64,000 nt of DNA from Vermamoeba vermiformis. Its lineage: Eukaryota. The notes beneath the pieces are model-generated. The model did no database searches, was not told where the DNA came from, and worked only from the letters and a program-made list of their open reading frames with translations. Made by a program: the position numbers and the translations under genes. The stretch covers positions 62,001 to 126,000 of the forward strand of contig JBEWZL010000163.1 in assembly GCA_045837725.1 (NCBI GenBank), in the 5' to 3' direction. Below are positions 62,201 through 64,000 of this stretch, in pieces (the first letter of the stretch is position 1; the number at the start of each line of letters is the position of its first letter).

Positions 62201-62679
62201 GGAGTTACTGGTTCTTTAACCGGTGATTTAGACGGTGGGATTAGTTCTGCTATAAACTCGCTCTCTGATTCGTCTATTGCGACATTATTAGGATTTTCTT
62301 CCTCGTCTGCTGGCTTGGCTGAATTGCTTGACGCGGTTGATTTTGATGAATCCAGAAAAGATAGTGTTTTTGACTTCCAAAAATCAACAGGGCTCCTCTT
62401 TGATATTTCTGGAATATTATCGAACGGTCTTTCGCTTTGTGATGAATTTTGTTCGCTTTTTGAGCTCGGATTTGTTACTTTTTCAATTATTTCATCGTAA
62501 TCATCTTGAGAACCGTGTGATATATTTTCTACTAAAAATGATAAGCCTCCTACTGATTGGGAATGCGAATTTTTTGGCTGCGTTTGGATCGGCGGTGAGA
62601 TCGAAGCAATTTTTTCTTCACTGCCCGGATTTGATTGAATATCCTCAATGCGGTTGTGAAAACTAGCTTGAGACTCCAT
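59253..62679 (-). CDS. Nuclear protein with a RAMA domain, long disordered region and BRCA1/BARD1-type tandem BRCT
   Basis: RAMA-like ISDLLNTGILPVG..GIITKDGWIQYGDQKYSSF..W..ERWTMVYVGECPLSDFRTEYL. BRCT THLVI..SRTIKYLTALLKGRWIVSFEW, VLKGYEFYFYGKF..LIRLAGGKVL and SVQWLLDSIS. Stop TAG at 59253-59255. Confidence 0.82.
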
Positions 62680-62903
62680 AATAAATAATAAAATTACAAT
62701 AAATTACAACATCAAGTGTGTTATGCCGTTGAAAGTGGTTTGAAAAAGAGCGGCAAAAAAATCTGACCGAATAAATCAAGCCAACAATATACAATATTTG
62801 AGCACAACAAGTCCCGCATAATATTTTAGAAGGCTCAATATTCAAAATATGGTCATAACCCTAAGCAGACTAATCAAATCTTCAACTTAATTCAACAAGC
62901 GTC

Positions 62904-64000
62904 ATGGAGCCAGCAACCAAGAAACCAAAGTAACTATAACATTCTAATTATTAATTATTATTAATTATTATAATAATAAGCCAATGCATCTCAGGTTAAA
63001 CACATCCGGTAATGCAGCAACAGAGACTCTGCATCTGAGTACGGCCTTTCTTTTCAATCATATCTCGAACACCACTAATTTATTATTAATTATTATGAAG
63101 CGTGCGAGCATATTCACATCGATACAAGCATTTACGACGAACTGATCAGTTCTCCGAATTCACGTTTCATCATCAACAACAACAAATGGCTGATCATCAA
63201 CATGCAATACATATGGGAGTTCATACCAAGTAATTAAACACTTCATATTTCATTTTATCCTGCTGATCTTTGCCAGCTCGTGTCAAGTTCATCAAACGAA
63301 CTGAAGTTCCCTCCAGCGACGCTTTAACTCGCTTGTTTCAGGTGGTATCCGATGAAGAAAATAATCAAGTGATATTCTTGGGCCTATCTGCGTTCTACGT
63401 GCTGAGTACTGGTATGTAATAAAAGGATCCACATCCAACGACTTAACTTTTTTCGTTACAGACAGTTGGAAATGGACTCAATACGACAATATAATTAAAG
63501 CACCTATCAACGTACCGTATTGTGCTTCGGGTAGCTTCATATTCAGCTATGATAACGACAAATTGTTTCGCGGTACTTTGCCATTCAACGGAGATCTCGA
63601 AAAAATCGAAACCTTAACACGCGTTAATAATAATAATTTGAATATTAATTTTCCGTGGAGTAATAGCGCCGTTTTATATTATGGCCACTATTACTTCATC
63701 AACGCTGTTCATGAGGATAACGTGCACATCCGGTTTAATTTATTCAAACTTTGTATGACCAACAAAGGTAATTATTTAAATTATAAATAATAACATATTA
63801 ATGATATATTATACAGAATTCGTTGATCTCGGGCAAATAGCCGAATGTAGCCATGGCACTTTTGTTTTTGGATGTGTTCGAGAAAACAAACTGTACTTTG
63901 TTAGCAGCAACAACGAGTTGTTGATTATTTCCAAATTTGGTAATTGCGATGACCAAACACTCCAATACTCTGCTAACAATTCTTTTAAAGGTGCAGAAGG
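62904..64000 (+). CDS. 5' part of a hypothetical, beta-rich (propeller-like) protein running off the right edge
   Basis: ATG MEPATKKPK followed by several short GT-AG introns and open exons, including ORF 63563-63790. Confidence 0.55.

Noticed and set aside
59253-62679. Calling the BRCT gene BRCA1 or BARD1
   Set aside because: No RING or ankyrin domain was found, and orthology cannot be established from BRCT motifs alone.
1-64000. Prokaryotic systems (operons, CRISPR arrays, defence islands), rRNA/tRNA genes and transposons
   Set aside because: The genes are intron-split eukaryotic genes. I saw no spaced direct-repeat array, RNA gene signature, or transposase/reverse transcriptase motif.

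Overview
This window is gene-dense eukaryotic nuclear DNA, not prokaryotic. Genes carry short GT-AG introns with CTAAC/CTGAC-like branch sites, the intergenic spacers are AT-rich, and there are poly-Asn tracts. This fits a free-living protist, possibly amoebozoan, but the taxon is my inference. Hand splicing gives about 21 protein-coding genes. Housekeeping genes include PNGase, Sec15, TFIIH p62/TFB1, SCNM1, an Mcp1-like membrane protein and two C2 proteins. Many unusual domain fusions appear only after splicing. (1) A CC1-box (AAQYG) coiled-coil protein with a 3-phosphoinositide-type PH domain, a candidate dynein activating adaptor. (2) A SAM-like/CP-motif/globin/PH protein. (3) A RasGEF fused to a CxxC peroxiredoxin-like (PRXL2/AhpC-TSA_2) domain. 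(4) A roughly 14 kb intron-containing gene for a bacterial-type repetitive adhesin. (5) A RAMA plus tandem BRCT protein. (6) An LRR-coiled coil-SAM-SAM-U-box ligase. (7) A TMEM184-PH fusion. (8) A PNGase with UBL, UBR-like and PUL domains. There is also a GAL4-type Zn2Cys6 transcription factor and a tandem orphan gene pair with a conserved upstream module. I saw no rRNA, tRNA, CRISPR array or transposon. Exon models were spliced by eye and domain calls come from motif recognition, not database searches.
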